DNA of 64,000 nucleotides, from the NCBI GenBank assembly GCA_951406725.2, contig OX597827.1, positions 81,096,001 through 81,160,000 on the forward strand. Reading direction: 5' to 3'. Under the pieces are notes generated by a model that had not been told where the DNA came from, did no database searches, and saw only the letters and a list, made by a program, of their open reading frames with translations. This DNA comes from Octopus vulgaris. Taxonomy: Eukaryota. The position numbers and the translations under genes were made by a program. Positions 1 through 13,099 of this stretch are shown one piece after another. Each line of letters begins with the position of its first letter. Position 1 is the stretch's first letter.

Positions 1-288
1 GTGAGAGGTCATAGATGGAAGGCCATTGACAAGGAGGCAGCTCAGATAGAGATGGCAATCATTGATGATGATGGAGCAATCACCATATATGTATGTCTGC
101 ATTGATGGATGGGTGTATCCAGTGCAAATCTTCTCTAATCCTCAATAATCTTTTTCATATTGTAGAATTGTGTCAGTATGCAGAGATTTTTGATATTAGT
201 TCATAGTTGTATATATATGTGTGTGTGTGTATATATGTGTGTGTGTGTGTATACAAGCACTCTCTCAGATTAGTCACTGTGTATGTGA

Positions 289-329
<41 letters not shown>

Positions 330-1030
330 TATATACATATATATACACACTCTTACACATACTTAGCTTAATATATTTTCATATATATAAATACATATAT
401 GTACGTGTATATACATACATTCACACACACACACTAATATGTATATGTGTATGTATGCATGCATGTATGCATGTATGTATGACTGAATGTATGCATGAAT
501 GTATGTATGAATGAATTTATGTATGTATATATGTAAGTATGCGTGTATGTATGTATGTTCTAACTTCTACGTTGTAATACATCCACTACCATCACATTTC
601 AGTATAAAAGTGAAACGTCACAGAGAGCTCAATATCGTAACAATAGAGCTATGTCAATTTGGATGCAGTTCTACATTTGAATGTTCTGGGGTCACCATAG
701 CTTACATTATACTAAATATCTCCTAACATTACTATGACTACAGACTGCAATGTTAGCTAGTATATTGAAATGTCTAACTGCACTTATATTTACATAATTC
801 TTCAATAAGTATGTTAAGCATTCTGCCATAATTCATTTCTATACAAAATCTTTACAGCAACGTATGAATCAGAAGTCGTAACTAGAATATATTTATCAGA
901 CTTTTTTGCCAAGAAGTTGAGCTTAAAATGTTATGAATTTACTGCCATTAGTGGAAGGTTGTTTGCAGAAGGTCGAAGCAGGGAACCTATGGTTGCAGTC
1001 ATGGTGGATGCGTAGGTACGAAAGAATGTA

Positions 1031-1340
1031 CTACCTATCATGTGGGCAAGGATTAAACACCTCGCTCCTACTATTCAGGTAAACATCTGGGCGTTGGGTA
1101 CCTTTTAAAATTGCTCTCTTCTCAGCCAGGCATAATCTGCATTTCCTGCTGCTAGTGGAGTATGGTTTGCATCTTTCTAGAATCTTCCACTTTATGCTGT
1201 ACTCTGTGCTGCCCTCTTTCAAAATCCAGATGTGCTTGGCTAGGGTTGTGGCGTTACGTCTCTCTGGGATGTTGAATGAGGACTTGTAGTTATTAAAGCG
1301 GGTTCTGAAGGGGCCTTCCATTGCCCCCATGTATTTCCTG
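1031..1340 (-). mobile_element. Penelope-like element fragment, C-terminal GIY-YIG endonuclease (Naiad-type)
   Basis: Translation KYMGAMEGPFRTRFNNYKSSF...NATTLAKHIWILK...YSIKWKIL...PY...CRLCLAEKRAI...LNSRSEVFNPCPH matches the YIG..FK.R..NH..SF, T.LS..IW.LK, CxLCxxEK and LNxRSE...CxH pattern of PLE endonucleases. It is 5'-truncated. Confidence 0.85.
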
Positions 1341-1589
1341 CATTACAAGGAGGTGAATGTAAGTGAAGTGGTAGAAAGGATTGGATTAAGGTGAGTGAGG
1401 GTATGTAAGTTCAGTAGGGTGTGAAAGGAGTGCAAAAGATAAAAGAGAAGGGAATGCAGTAAGTGGTGGGTGGATGTCAGAGAGATTCACCATGGACAGA
1501 TTGTGTTCAGGGGTTTAGACATCGACCCCAGGCTTTTAGGTTCTTATTTTTGGTCTGCTGGATGGGTTTTCTGAAGTTACAGCAAATCC

Positions 1590-2790
1590 CTAATCATCTC
1601 AGTCCTTTATCATCTCCTTTGTGAGGCTCAACATCTGGATCTACTTTGGATCTGCTTTGTCTCAAGTCTTCCTCCTCTACAGGTTCCTTCCACATTTAGC
1701 CATCAGCACTTCTTTACGCAGCTGTCCTCATCCATACAAACCATTCAACCAACCACTGCAGTCTTCTCTTCTGCACATTACACTTGAGGCCTCTCATCCC
1801 CAATTTTTCTCTCAAAACATTTACTCTCTGTTGTACACTTAGTCTGACATTGCACATCCATGTTGGATTCATTTCTTTCAAGCCATTGCATGCCCTCTGC
1901 ATCCACAGCTCACGTTTCACCACCATATGAAGTAACTGTCTGTGCACAGGTATCATACAGTCTTCCTTTTCCTCTGAGAGACTTTCTGTTGCCAACAGAG
2001 GTAGTAACCACCCTGAACTTTCTCCATCCTGTTCTTATCCTAGCAGCTGTACTTTCAGAACAACCTCCTCCACTGCTGCTAATTAGATCACCATCATAAC
2101 AGAAATTATCTACCACTTCTAAGGATCCTCTTCGACATTTAAAGAACTCTATTTCCAGTGTGTTCTTAGTGTTTATGGTTCCTGTACATCTTCTGCACAC
2201 AAACACTACTTTCTCTGTTAACCTTTCATGACTCTGCTTCTCATGTGTCCATAGTTTGCACAGGGGACACCATATGGAATTTCTATTGCAACACGATTCC
2301 AACATATCAATTAGGGCATTTAATTTATGGGGAGAGTCCTGTCAATTTTCTTACTACAACTTTGGTCTTTGCTGGGTCAACTTTAAGGCCCTTTGATGCC
2401 AGGTTTTGCTTCCACAGCAGGAATATCTTTTGTTAGTCTAGTGCAGATTCAACTATTTAAAGAGGATCATCAACAGAAAGGAGCTGCTCCCATGAGCTGC
2501 CAGTCTTAAACTCTTCAGTTGTGACCCAAAGGGCTATGTTGAATAAGGGATGGCTAACAACTGAGCACTGGTGGGCACCTACCTGCACACCAAATTCTTT
2601 GCTTCACCACATTATTAGTATTAGTAAGATTTACCTTCTGCATGGCTTGGACAGATCCCACTCGCCTTTTATTTACCCCTGGCTTCCTCAGATAAGGGAG
2701 CAAAGCATCCTGTCAAAGGGTTTTTCAATATCAGCAAATACCAAGTACAGCAGTTTATTTAGGGCTGATTTCTTCTACTGCAGCAACTTA
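1590..2790 (-). mobile_element. RTE-clade LINE, decayed RT and C-terminal fragment
   Basis: The minus strand gives FADIEKPFDR, VGAHQCSVVSHPLFNIA...EEFKTGSSWELLSVDD (cf. VGVHQGSVLSPLLF...WELLYADD) and ARIRTGWRKFR...SLRGKGRLYDTC...YGGET, with frameshifts and stops. Confidence 0.85.
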
Positions 2791-2885
2791 TCCTCCTCCT
2801 CCTCTTCCTCCTCCTCCGCAACCACCACCACCTTCTTCTTCTTCTTCTTCTTCTTCTTCTTCTTCTTCTCCTCCTCCTCCTCCTT

Positions 2886-3065
2886 CATTTAACGTCCATC
2901 TTCCATGCTGTCATGGGTTGGGTGGTTTCAGAGGGGCTGGCATGCCAGAGGACAGTACCAACCTCCACTGTCTATTTTCACATGATTTTCACATTTTTGC
3001 AGCTGGATACCCTTCTAAATGCCAACCATTTTACAGAGTGGATTGGGTGCTTCTTATGTGGCACT
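2886..3065 (-). mobile_element. RTE 3' tail fragment
   Basis: Homologous to the 3' end of the RTE copy at 13100-14335 (tttaacgtcc..ttccatgctg..atgggttgg; agctggat.ccctt). Confidence 0.7.
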
Positions 3066-3078
3066 ATCATGTGTATGT

Positions 3079-3479
3079 AGGCACAGGAGTGGCTGTGTGG
3101 TAAGTAGCTTGCTTACCAACCACATGGTTCTGGATTCAGTCCCACTGTGTGGCACCTTGGGCAAGTGTCTTATACTATAGCCTCGGCCCAACCAAAGCCT
3201 TCTGAGTGGATTTAGTAGATGAAAACTGAAAGAAGCCTGTCATATATATGTATATGTGTGTGTGTGTTTGTGTGTCTGTGTTTGTCCCCCCAACATCGCT
3301 TGACAGTCAGTGCTGGAGTGTTTATGTCCCCGTAACTTAGCGGTTTGACAAAAATTACCAATAGAATAAGTATTAGGCTTACAAAGAATAAGTCCTGGGG
3401 TTGATTTGCTCAACTAAAGGCAGTGCTCCAGCATGACCACAGTCAAATGACTGAAACAAGTAAAAGAGTAAAAAGAGAG
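3079..3479 (+). mobile_element. tRNA-derived SINE, family A (central TA/TG microsatellite, AAAAGAG tail)
   Basis: Head AGGCACAGGAGTGGCTGTGTGGTAAG (A box) and GGATTCAGTCCC (B-box-like). Collinear with the copies at 14984, 17073, 20128 and 48107. Confidence 0.9.
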
Positions 3480-3513
<34 letters not shown>

Positions 3514-3528
3514 TACATATATATACAC

Positions 3529-3600
<72 letters not shown>

Positions 3601-3922
3601 ATACATACATATACACACGTACTTATAGACACTTTTCTCTCCATGTATAAGTACAGACACATACACAGAGTTAATTGCACAATATAAAAATAAACACTTT
3701 ATCAAATAATATACTGATATACACTCTTCTTTTATATTGAGTCCTTCTTTTGAGATTTACTTTTTGCTCTCTCTCTCTCTCTCTCTCTCTCTCCACACAC
3801 ACACACATTTACATAGAAGTTGATTCACTCGCAGAGACAGAGGCTGAAATGTACACAGATATATAAAATCATACAAGCAAACACACAGACACAGAGAAAG
3901 ACAGGGAATGCGAGAGAGAGAG

Positions 3923-3966
<44 letters not shown>

Positions 3967-5108
3967 TGATAGTCAGTCAGGTACGCAATCGCACAAGCAG
4001 TAATACACACACACACACACACGCACGAACACACACACACACACACATCTTGCCTCGGCTATCAAACAAGGCAGTCGATTTACTTAAAGGGACTGTGTTC
4101 AGTAAAAGTGCAATGAGCTGGCGGAATATTTCATCTGTATCAAGAACACGCTACTGTGGAGGCAGCGTGCAATTCCTCTCTCCTCTAATCTAATCATGTA
4201 TTACAAGCTGATAGAATCACTATATCTCAGTGGAATTTGTTAATTTCCAGCAAGAAAAATTTGTTATAAATCCTTTAAAATTTCTGACAGATTTTTCAAG
4301 AAATTTTTATCAAAATTTCCAAGAAATTTCCAGTGTATTTTTCTATAAATTTGTCAGAATTTAAAAATTCTGGTACACATATTAAGAAATTTTGAAAAAG
4401 TTCTTCTAGAATTCTTATCAGATTATTCCACAAAATGTCCAATGTATTTTCCTATGTTTTATCAGAATTTTAAATCCAGGTAGGGTTAGGGTTATCAGAT
4501 TTCTCAAACATTTCTGTCTAACATTCCAGAAGTCTGTTAGAATTTTGAACTTTTGATAAAATGTAAATGGTGCATTAGCATTAACTTTCTATGAATGAAT
4601 ATAAAATTTTGTGGAAATCTCTTTAAATTTTGGTCGTTCTTTGAAATAGTTTATAAATGTTCTTGAAATTATCAGAATTTCCCAAAAAGTTTGAAACAGA
4701 TCTCCAGAAAATTTCAGTATTCCGCAGATTTTAAAAATTCTTCATGTACTTTCTAGAAATTTATATTTTTTTTGTTAAGAAATGTTTCAATTAATTCTTG
4801 GAAATTTCTGGAATATCATTTCAGAGATTTACTTCTTTTAGTAATGAATTATATTATTTCCAGACATGTTTTTCATTTCTGGCTTTCAAGAAAAAACCCT
4901 GCAAAAATTAATCTAGTATGTCAACTTCAAATCAGACAGGTTTTTTCTTTCAACTATTTTCTTAGTTTTGGTAAAATTATTAGAAAATTCTGTAAACATT
5001 TTCAAAGATCAATATTTTCCTTATAACTTTATGAGAATTTCTCAAAGCTGGAATCTTGCTTCTCTCCAAATAACTGAAGGATTTTATAAATTATCTAGAA
5101 TATCATAA

Positions 5109-5400
5109 TGGTGTTGGTGCCATGTCCTGTGCTGGAGCCATCCTCTGTACTAGTGCCATACCCCATGCTGGTACCATGTCCCATACTTATGCCATGTCTC
5201 ATACTGGTGCCACATACAAAGCACTCAATAAACTCAGTAAAGTGGTTGGCATTTAGGAACGGCATCCAGCCTTGGAAACCCAGCCAGAACAGGCAGCAGG
5301 ATCCTGGTGCAGCTCTCCGGCCTTGATGGCTCCTGTCAAACCATCCAACCCATGCCAAACATGGAAAATGGGTGTTAGATTATGATGATGACAGCAATGA
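5109..5400 (+). mobile_element. RTE 3' tail with about 5 x 18-bp tandem expansion
   Basis: gtggttggcatttaggaacggcatccagc...ccatccaacccatgcc...gatgatgatg, preceded by tggtgccatgtcctgtgc-like units. Confidence 0.7.
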
Positions 5401-5446
5401 CGATGATGCTGATGATGACGGTGATGTTAATGGTGGTGATGGTGAC

Positions 5447-5671
5447 AAGCTGGCAGAAATGTTAGCACGTCGGACGAACTGCATAGCTGTATTTCGTCTG
5501 CAGCTACGTTCTGAGTTCAAATTCCGCCGAGGTCGACTTTGCATTTCATCCTTTCGGGGTCGATAAATTAAGTACCAGTTACGCACTGGGGTTGATGTAA
5601 TCAACTTAATCCCTTTGTCTGTCCTTGTTTGTCCCCTCTGTGTTTAGCCCCTTGTGGGTAATAAAGAAATA
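5447..5671 (+). mobile_element. tRNA-derived SINE, family B (probable Meta-domain SINE)
   Basis: agctggcagaaatgttagc...gagttcaaattcc (B box)...gactttgcatttcatcctttcggggtcgataaattaagtaccag. Flanked by the direct repeat GATGGTGAC (5438-5446, 5672-5680). Confidence 0.85.
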
Positions 5672-5964
5672 GATGGTGACGATGATGACTTATTGCAGAG
5701 TTTCTGGAAGTTTATGTAGACAAAACTTATTAGAACCTCCATAATCTTCTCCATTCTTCAATTCTTCACATCAACATGTACCATTCTCTACCTTCATCTC
5801 AGACTGACAAACAATCAAAATCAGAGCTCAGCCAAACTGTTGTGGTCCCCATGGTTACTGGCTCATCTGATCACAGCTTCCCTCTGACAATCAAATGCAC
5901 AACTCCTCTACTTCTAGCCCCTTCTGGTCCTTCAACTCAGTCTCCCCTGGAGAAAGTTCATTCC

Positions 5965-6195
5965 TGGTTAGGCTGTTAGACTCATGACCCTGACATTCTG
6001 ATTTCAATTATTGAACTGGGTGACCCATGGTGTTCTTGAGCAAAACTCTTCCTTTCACATTGCCTCAGTCCACTCAACTGGCAAAAAGGAGCAACCCTGT
6101 GATGCTCTGGCATCCTATCCAGTGGGAGAATATATTCACCACAGAAATCAGGAAACTGGCCCTAACAGTCTACGTGACTCAGGAAGGATCTTTAT
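5965..6195 (+). mobile_element. Decayed SINE, family D head (CORE-like body) with tail gamma
   Basis: tgttcttgagcaaaactct...ctcagtccactcaactg is shared with the 17565 copy; cctgtgatgctctggcatcctatccag...gaaactggccct is shared with 56375-56612. Confidence 0.6.
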
Positions 6196-6419
6196 CCTAT
6201 CCTAAAAAGAGCCAGACAGGGGACTGGCATTATCCATTGAGGCCTGTTGCACCTCATCTTGAATGTAACAAAAACTTAATGCCTCTTTCTCCCTAAAATA
6301 GTTACCCTGAATCTGTTCAGTCAGAGACAATCCCTACAACACCTGGAAAGACTCGTTCCTCCCCCTCCTCCCCAACCACCTGCAAGACCGTTATCTAAGC
6401 TCTGGAATATGTCTCTGGC

Positions 6420-7690
6420 ATTCAAATCTCCAACTGAAATCGGACACCAATAGGTGCCACCTGTCTCTCATCTCTTGGACTGATAGCTCCCTTCTAGATT
6501 ACAATATTGGTTTCAAGTTTTGACACAAGGCCAGCAATTTTAAGGGTAGGGGATAAGTCGATTATGTTGATCCCAGTGTACAACTGGTACTTATTTTATT
6601 GAATCCGAAAGAACGAGAGGCAAACTCAACCTTGGTGGAATGTCAAAACAGATGTAATGGCATCAAGCATTTTGCCATAATGGTAACGATTCTTTCTGCT
6701 GGCAGCATTAATTAGATTACAATGTTGCCAGGTATATTAAAAGAGTTCCTTCCATCCCGTCCCTTTATCAGCTCCAGCATGTCCCAGGGTTCAGTTTCGT
6801 CCCCTTCTCTTTTCCTTTTATACATCAATGACCTTCTTACTGTTACATCTGACACTGACCCCTCTTCCACATACATTAACCATCATTCCTGCCTAACCGT
6901 CCCCAACTATGCACCATCTACATGCAGCCTGGACACCACCCACCAAACTCACACTAATTCTGTTAACAAAGTTCTCAAAAGCATCTTCAAACGGGGGATA
7001 TGTCAGTCTAGTGTCTTTCAACGGCAACAAAACACAAACATTACTTATACCAAGACAACATTATCAAACCATGTCCCACTCAATGATGAGCAATATGTGA
7101 GTAGAATCATTACAATCACTTCAAATGTTAAACGTCTCAGTCTGTGAGGATCTCTCCTGTTGAAAGCCTATCTATAAACATAGCTAAGATCAAATTCCAA
7201 TGGCTGGTCTCTCACTTCAGGGACAGAAGTTACTTCTTCCCATAGTAAGTAGTGACACTTCACTAAGCTGAAATGAGGCCCACACTGGAGTGTTGCTCTC
7301 ACATCTAGAATGGTGTTGTTGCTACAGACACAGACACATCCTGTACCACATCAAGAAAAGGGCCATCAGAGCGAGTGGCATAAAGTCATTCACAGACATG
7401 CACTGACTTCTGGCCTTCAGGTGTGCAATCTTTTATCTAAAGATGCTTAGGGATTCCCGACCCACTTGTCTTTTCTCCTCTTACCATTCTTGTTGTGTCC
7501 AACCTTCTCAGGCCCACCACTAATCAGTACACCTTGTAGACTTTCTTCCCAGAACATTTGGGTCTTTGGAAACCTCTTGCTGATTATTCTTGTTGATTTG
7601 CACCAGTTCAAGAGGAATCTTAGAAGCATCAATCTCATCAATGTATGAAGACCCACAAAAGCCATGAGCACTGTCCCTTTGTCCAGAACC
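6420..7690 (+). mobile_element. CR1/Jockey-group LINE, decayed RT fragment
   Basis: SMSQGSVSSPSLFLLYINDLL (cf. GVPQGSVLSPLLFLLYINDL), LVSFNGNKTQ and KAEMRPTLECCSHI (cf. LYKAQIRP.LEYCSHIW), across several frames. Confidence 0.8.
6506..6712 (-). mobile_element. SINE family B variant inserted into a LINE
   Basis: Reverse complement of the family B body (ctggtacttattttattga.tccgaaag). 11-bp TSD TAGATTACAAT at 6495-6505 and 6713-6723. Confidence 0.8.
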
Positions 7691-7780
7691 AGCAAGTAAG
7701 AAAGAAGGGCTATAAAATTTATGCCAAACTTTCAATTTTTTTCCAGAAATATTTTGAAGAATTCGGCCATCTATATATAC

Positions 7781-8003
7781 AGGCGGTGAGCTGGCAGAAA
7801 CGTTAGCATGCCGGGCAAAATGCGTTGCAGTATTTCGCCTGTCGTTACGTTCTGAGTTCAAATTCCGCTGAGGTCGACTTTGCCTTTCATCCCTTTTGGG
7901 GTCGATAAATATAGTACCAGTTTCGCACTGGGGTCAACGTAATCGACTTAATCCCTTTGTTTGTCCCCTCTATGTTTGGCCCCTTGTGGGTAGTAAAGAA
8001 ATA
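7781..8003 (+). mobile_element. SINE family B, full length
   Basis: AGGCGGTGAGCTGGCAGAAACGTTAGC...GAGTTCAAATTCC...tail gtgggtagtaaagaaata. The flanking direct repeat TATATATACAGGC overlaps the start of the element. Confidence 0.9.
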
Positions 8004-8082
8004 TATATATACAGGCATGTCTTTTATGGCCATACCACCACCCCATTCACCCTTCCAACCAAGAGGTGTTTCTTTTGTGGGT

Positions 8083-8508
8083 ACTGGTGTCACGTAAAGG
8101 CACCTGTGCCAGTAGCATGTAAAAAGCACCCAGTACACTCTGTAGAGTGGTTGGTGTTAGGAAGGGCATCCAGCCATAGATACCCTTGCAAAACAGACAA
8201 GTGAAGCCTAACTAGCTCTTTGGCTAGCCAGTTGATGATGATGATGATGATGCTCCTGCTGTTGAATTCCTAAGAAGTTCTTGTAAAGTTTTCTAAATAA
8301 AACAGGATTGTATTTATTGAACTGTTCTCATATTCTATTATTAGTGTTACCTGTGCAGGTGTCACATAAAAGCACCCACTACACTCTTGGAGTGGTTGGC
8401 ATTGGGAAGGGCATCCAGATGCAGAAACCTTGCCAGATCAGATTGGAGTCTGGTGTAGCCTCCTGGCTTGCCAGTCCTCAGTCAACATTAATGATGATGA
8501 TGATGATG
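8083..8508 (+). mobile_element. Two adjacent RTE 3' tail fragments (about 8083-8252 and 8345-8508)
   Basis: Each has aaaagcaccca.tacactct...gtggttgg..tt.ggaagggcatccag and ends in (GAT)n. Confidence 0.75.
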
Positions 8509-8529
8509 AATCAGCCCCAGTATTTATTC

Positions 8530-8829
8530 ATTTTTTTGAAGACTAGTAATTATTCTATCAGTTTCTTTTTGCTGAACTTCTAAGTTATGGGGATGTAAAC
8601 AAACTAACATCATTGTCAAGTGGTGTAAGGGGACAAACACATACAGAGACACACAGACAAACATACATAAATAAGATGGGCTTCTTTCAGTTTGTGTTTA
8701 ACAAATTCACTTGAAAGATTTTGTTCAACCTGAAGCTACAGTAGAAGACACTGAAGGTGCCACACAGTGGGACTGAACCTGGAACCATGTGGTTGGGAGG
8801 CAAACTTCTTACCATGCAGCCATGTCTGC
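8530..8829 (-). mobile_element. SINE family A, decayed
   Basis: Reverse complement of family A (gggcttctttcagttt...gtgccacacagtgggactgaacctggaaccatgtggttgg). Confidence 0.8.
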
Positions 8830-9415
8830 AAATGATGAGAAAATCCATAGAGATTATAGATCGATACACTTAATTGATAGAAAACAAATCCATCAACTCT
8901 GTATTGAGATGTGTTATGACAGGAATGGTTGTTGAAATTCTGTTGATCTTTTGGTTTGGGCTTTTGATTTCCTGGATCCTTCCCCCATCTTTGCTCTGTT
9001 TATTCTCTCTTACTAGAAACTCCTGTACAGACGGTTCTGTAATGATGACCGAGAGGTTTCTAGAATATTCTTACCTGTTCCCATTCTTCTCTAAATCAAA
9101 TCAACCAATTTGTCATTCAGTCGGTCATCTCTGAGGATCCCCACAAAACTAAAATGGGCTTCTTCCTTCAATGATTAATCTCTCTCGGGAATAAAGTTTT
9201 TTAAGTTTTCCATCATTAAATCTAAACCTGAGTTTCGTGTGATTCCAGTGTTTTAGTTTTATTAATTAAATATTATTAATCTGTAGACAGAAATAATTAG
9301 ATTCATTCATTTGGTCTTATCAATAATGTTGTCTCTGTAACCTTCTCTCTTTCTCTTCATTATTTTCCATAAATTTATACTAAAAAACAGAGCCAAACTT
9401 TTAGGCATATCCAAA

Positions 9416-9624
9416 TATGAAGGGTTCCTGGCTTTGGGTAAAAGAAAATTAAGGAGGATCAGTTAATTACAATTTTATTCAAAATATTCCCCTCTTAATT
9501 CACACACTTATTACAGTGGACCTTCAGTTTTTCTGAGCCCTGTAAAAGAACTCAAAAGGTTAGGCCTCCAGCCAGGCTTTCCGTGATTCCCTTAAAGCCA
9601 GGAACTTTTCAGCCCCTCCTTGTA
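9416..9624. mobile_element. Mariner-type MITE
   Basis: Terminal inverted repeats gttcctggcttt (5') and aaagccaggaac (3'), with TA at both ends. The left TIR carries an internal deletion. Confidence 0.65.
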
Positions 9625-10175
9625 TACTATTGTTGGAAATCAATGATGGGATGTTGAGGCTTTAATACCTTCGCTAAAGATATTTGAGAAGCAAAAGCAG
9701 GAACACAGACTTGAACAGGGAATAGCATCTGTCTTCACTGAAAAACTTTAAGAATATTTTAGCTAGCAGAAATTTCAATCAAGATTTCTGACAACCCACT
9801 TGTGACCATCCCAACTCACATGGTATTAGATCCTTCATTCTAAAACCTTCACACTTAGATTAAAAAGAAAAAAAAAATTCCAAGTTTTTGCAAAACCATT
9901 TTGCTGTGTTTCAAATGACATTTCATAAAGAAGCTTTTTCACTAAATCTCTCTAAATTTTTGATCACCCCCAACAATATTATATGAATATTGAATATCAA
10001 GACTCCATGTAGGGGGTGTCCGTACTTGATATTCCTGTCATGTGTGCAGACAATGCAACCCATCTAAGCGAAGGTATCCGATCTTGGTAATTCAGACCTG
10101 TACTTTTTATAAAGGTACTTTCTATAGTATTTCCAAAGTGTTGATTCCAAGTTAGGGGAATAGAATATAAATAAG

Positions 10176-10377
10176 TAACAAAGATGTACAGGTGTCAATT
10201 CATTACGGCCGTTTCAAGCAGCTTCATTTAATAGATTAATGAAAGCATTACATCAATTTGAAAGGAACTGTTCCCAATGAAAACAGTTCTTTCAAATTGA
10301 TGTAATGTTTTCACTAATCAATTAAATGGAGCTGCTTGAAACGGCTGTAATTAACTGACACCTGTACATCTTTGTTA
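10176..10377. repeat. Long fold-back palindrome (about 97-bp arms, 9-nt loop) containing a 3' half-hammerhead motif
   Basis: Arm 10176-10272 versus the reverse complement of 10282-10377 shows about 8 differences counted by eye. Each arm carries GAAA-CGGC(C/T)G-TA. Confidence 0.9.
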
Positions 10378-10390
10378 TACATATATATAT

Positions 10391-10400
10391 CATCATCATT

Positions 10401-10453
<53 letters not shown>

Positions 10454-11053
10454 TTAATGTCCAATTTCCATGCTGGCATGGGTTGGACGGTTTGACTGAG
10501 GGCTGGTGAGCCAGAAGGCTACACCAGGCTCCAATCTGATCTGTTAAAGTTTCTACAGCTGGATGTTCTTCCTAACGCCAACCACTCCAAGAGTGTAGTG
10601 GGTCCTTTTATGTGCCACCGGCATGAGGGCCAGTAGGACGGTTCTGGAAACGACCATGCTTAAAAGGTGGTTTTTACTGGTTACCTGCATGGGAGCCAGT
10701 CTGGTGGCACTGACAATGATCATGTTTGAAAGCTGCTTTTCCCGTGCCACCGACACATGTGCCAGTAAGGCAACACTTGCAATGATCATGCTCAAATGGT
10801 GCTTTTTATGTGCCACCAACACGGGAGCCAATCCGTAACCCTAGCAACGATCACATTCTGATATATTTTTATGTGCTTTTAACGTTCCACTGGCACGAGT
10901 GCCAATCAGGCGGTTCTGTCATTGGCCACGTCAGAGATTTTGATTTTGATTTCATTTGCCTCAACAGGTCTTCACAAGCTAAGTTTATTGTCCAATGAAT
11001 GAGGGGTATTCATAAGTGGGCTGGTTACACCCACTGGTATAGGCCACGGGCTA
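10391..11053 (-). mobile_element. RTE 3' UTR with stem-loop array and (CAT)n tail
   Basis: Reverse-complement homolog of 13650-14335, including gggctggttacac and gattttgatttcatttgcctcaacaggtctt. Confidence 0.85.
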
Positions 11054-11816
11054 CATGTATATATATATATGTATGCATGTAAACAGTCCAACATAAATAA
11101 GGAAAACATGCAAAGTATATAAATGTGTGATACTAAAACTTCAAATTTCATAATTCCATTGCAACTCTTACAGATACTATGAAAGCCTGTCTCTTGCTCT
11201 TTCTGTTTCTCACACACACACACACACACACAGATAGGTTATTACATATATACACACAAAATATATATTATAATCCTAGATTGATATAAATATAAGTATA
11301 CATGTGTGTGTGTGTATATATATATATAATTGAAAAAAATGAATTAGAAAGGTATTTCTGATAATTTTCCAGAAGCCTTTTTTTATTCATTTTTTCAAAT
11401 ATATTATACTCTACCAAGAACTTTCCATTTCTTATTTTACGACTACTACTACTACTACTACTACTACACCTACTACACACCTATATATGTATTTATATAT
11501 GTATATGTATATATATTTGAAATGGCCTCATTTAAGTAGAATATCTGTGACACAGTCATCATCGTTAAGGTTTGAAGTGTAAATTGCATTAGTTTGGAAC
11601 GATTTCATGGAGAATTGGAGGCACATTGAGCGGCGGCGGTGGGGGGGGTAGGGGGTAGCCAGGTGGATGGTGGTGGTGGTGGTAAAAAAAGGTGTGGTGA
11701 GGAAGGAGACAGCTTTCATTAAGTTTGTATGCAATTTAAACACTGTTAGATCAGGAGATGGATGAGATGGGAGGAAAAACAAGACATATATATATACATA
11801 TATATATATATATACA

Positions 11817-11860
<44 letters not shown>

Positions 11861-11994
11861 TAGAAAGGCAGAAAGAGAGAGAATGAGGAAATATAAGAGA
11901 ACAAAAAGTAGATCTAAATAGATATATAATTTGCATACATATATATAAGCATATATACCTATATATATATATAAGTATATATACTTATATATAC

Positions 11995-12046
<52 letters not shown>

Positions 12047-12048
12047 AA

Positions 12049-12097
<49 letters not shown>

Positions 12098-13099
12098 ATA
12101 TACATGTATACACACACACATATACATACATATACACACACACAGGTATGTATATCTGCAAGTAGGTACGGTAGAGTAGGAGAGTGGGGAGACGAGCGAA
12201 AGATACTCGTTACAGATAATATAGCAAGAAGGTTAGCAATTAGCATAGAGCAGAGCTTTCCATTGGTTAATTAGTGTCACATGACTGACATAAGTCAACT
12301 CTATGAACTGTTACCATTCCATAGAGTTGCCTGTTATCACAATAATCAGTTTAGAATCTCTGATGGATTCCTGCTTGCAGTTTCAGAATGCATAAATTGA
12401 ATAAGTGCTAATTTCAACTATCTTCATTTACACACATCGAGAGACATATACATATGGATGAAGATGGCATATAAACATATGCTTATGTGCATACCTACAG
12501 ATTTCTGCATGTATATATACTCACATATACATATACATATATATACACACACACACACACACACATACATATGTACACTTGCACACACACACATGCAGGT
12601 ATACACATGTATGATACAGGTATTTTTACATACACATAAACGTAGTCAGATTTCTGTATACATACATGCATCTCTCTGTCAGTCTATCCATCCATCCATC
12701 CATCTATCTATCCATCTGTCTATCTCTCTCTCATCCTACATGTATATCATATACACATACATATGTATGTATATAAACACATGAACATATATAAATATAT
12801 GCATATTTATATACACATATATAATACATATATATAATTGTAAGTATATTTCTCTGTACACATACACACACACATTCAGATGAGATGTACACAAATGCAT
12901 GAATATATAATATACATACTGTAAATATAGACGTACATTCATATTTTCATGTATATCTCCCTATATCAATAGTTATTCCTATGCACATACTTGCATACAT
13001 TCAGCTGCAGTGTTACACATGTATGTGCCATATATGCATATATGTATACATACATACATATATATATCATCATAATCTTCATCATCTAAAGTCCATAAG

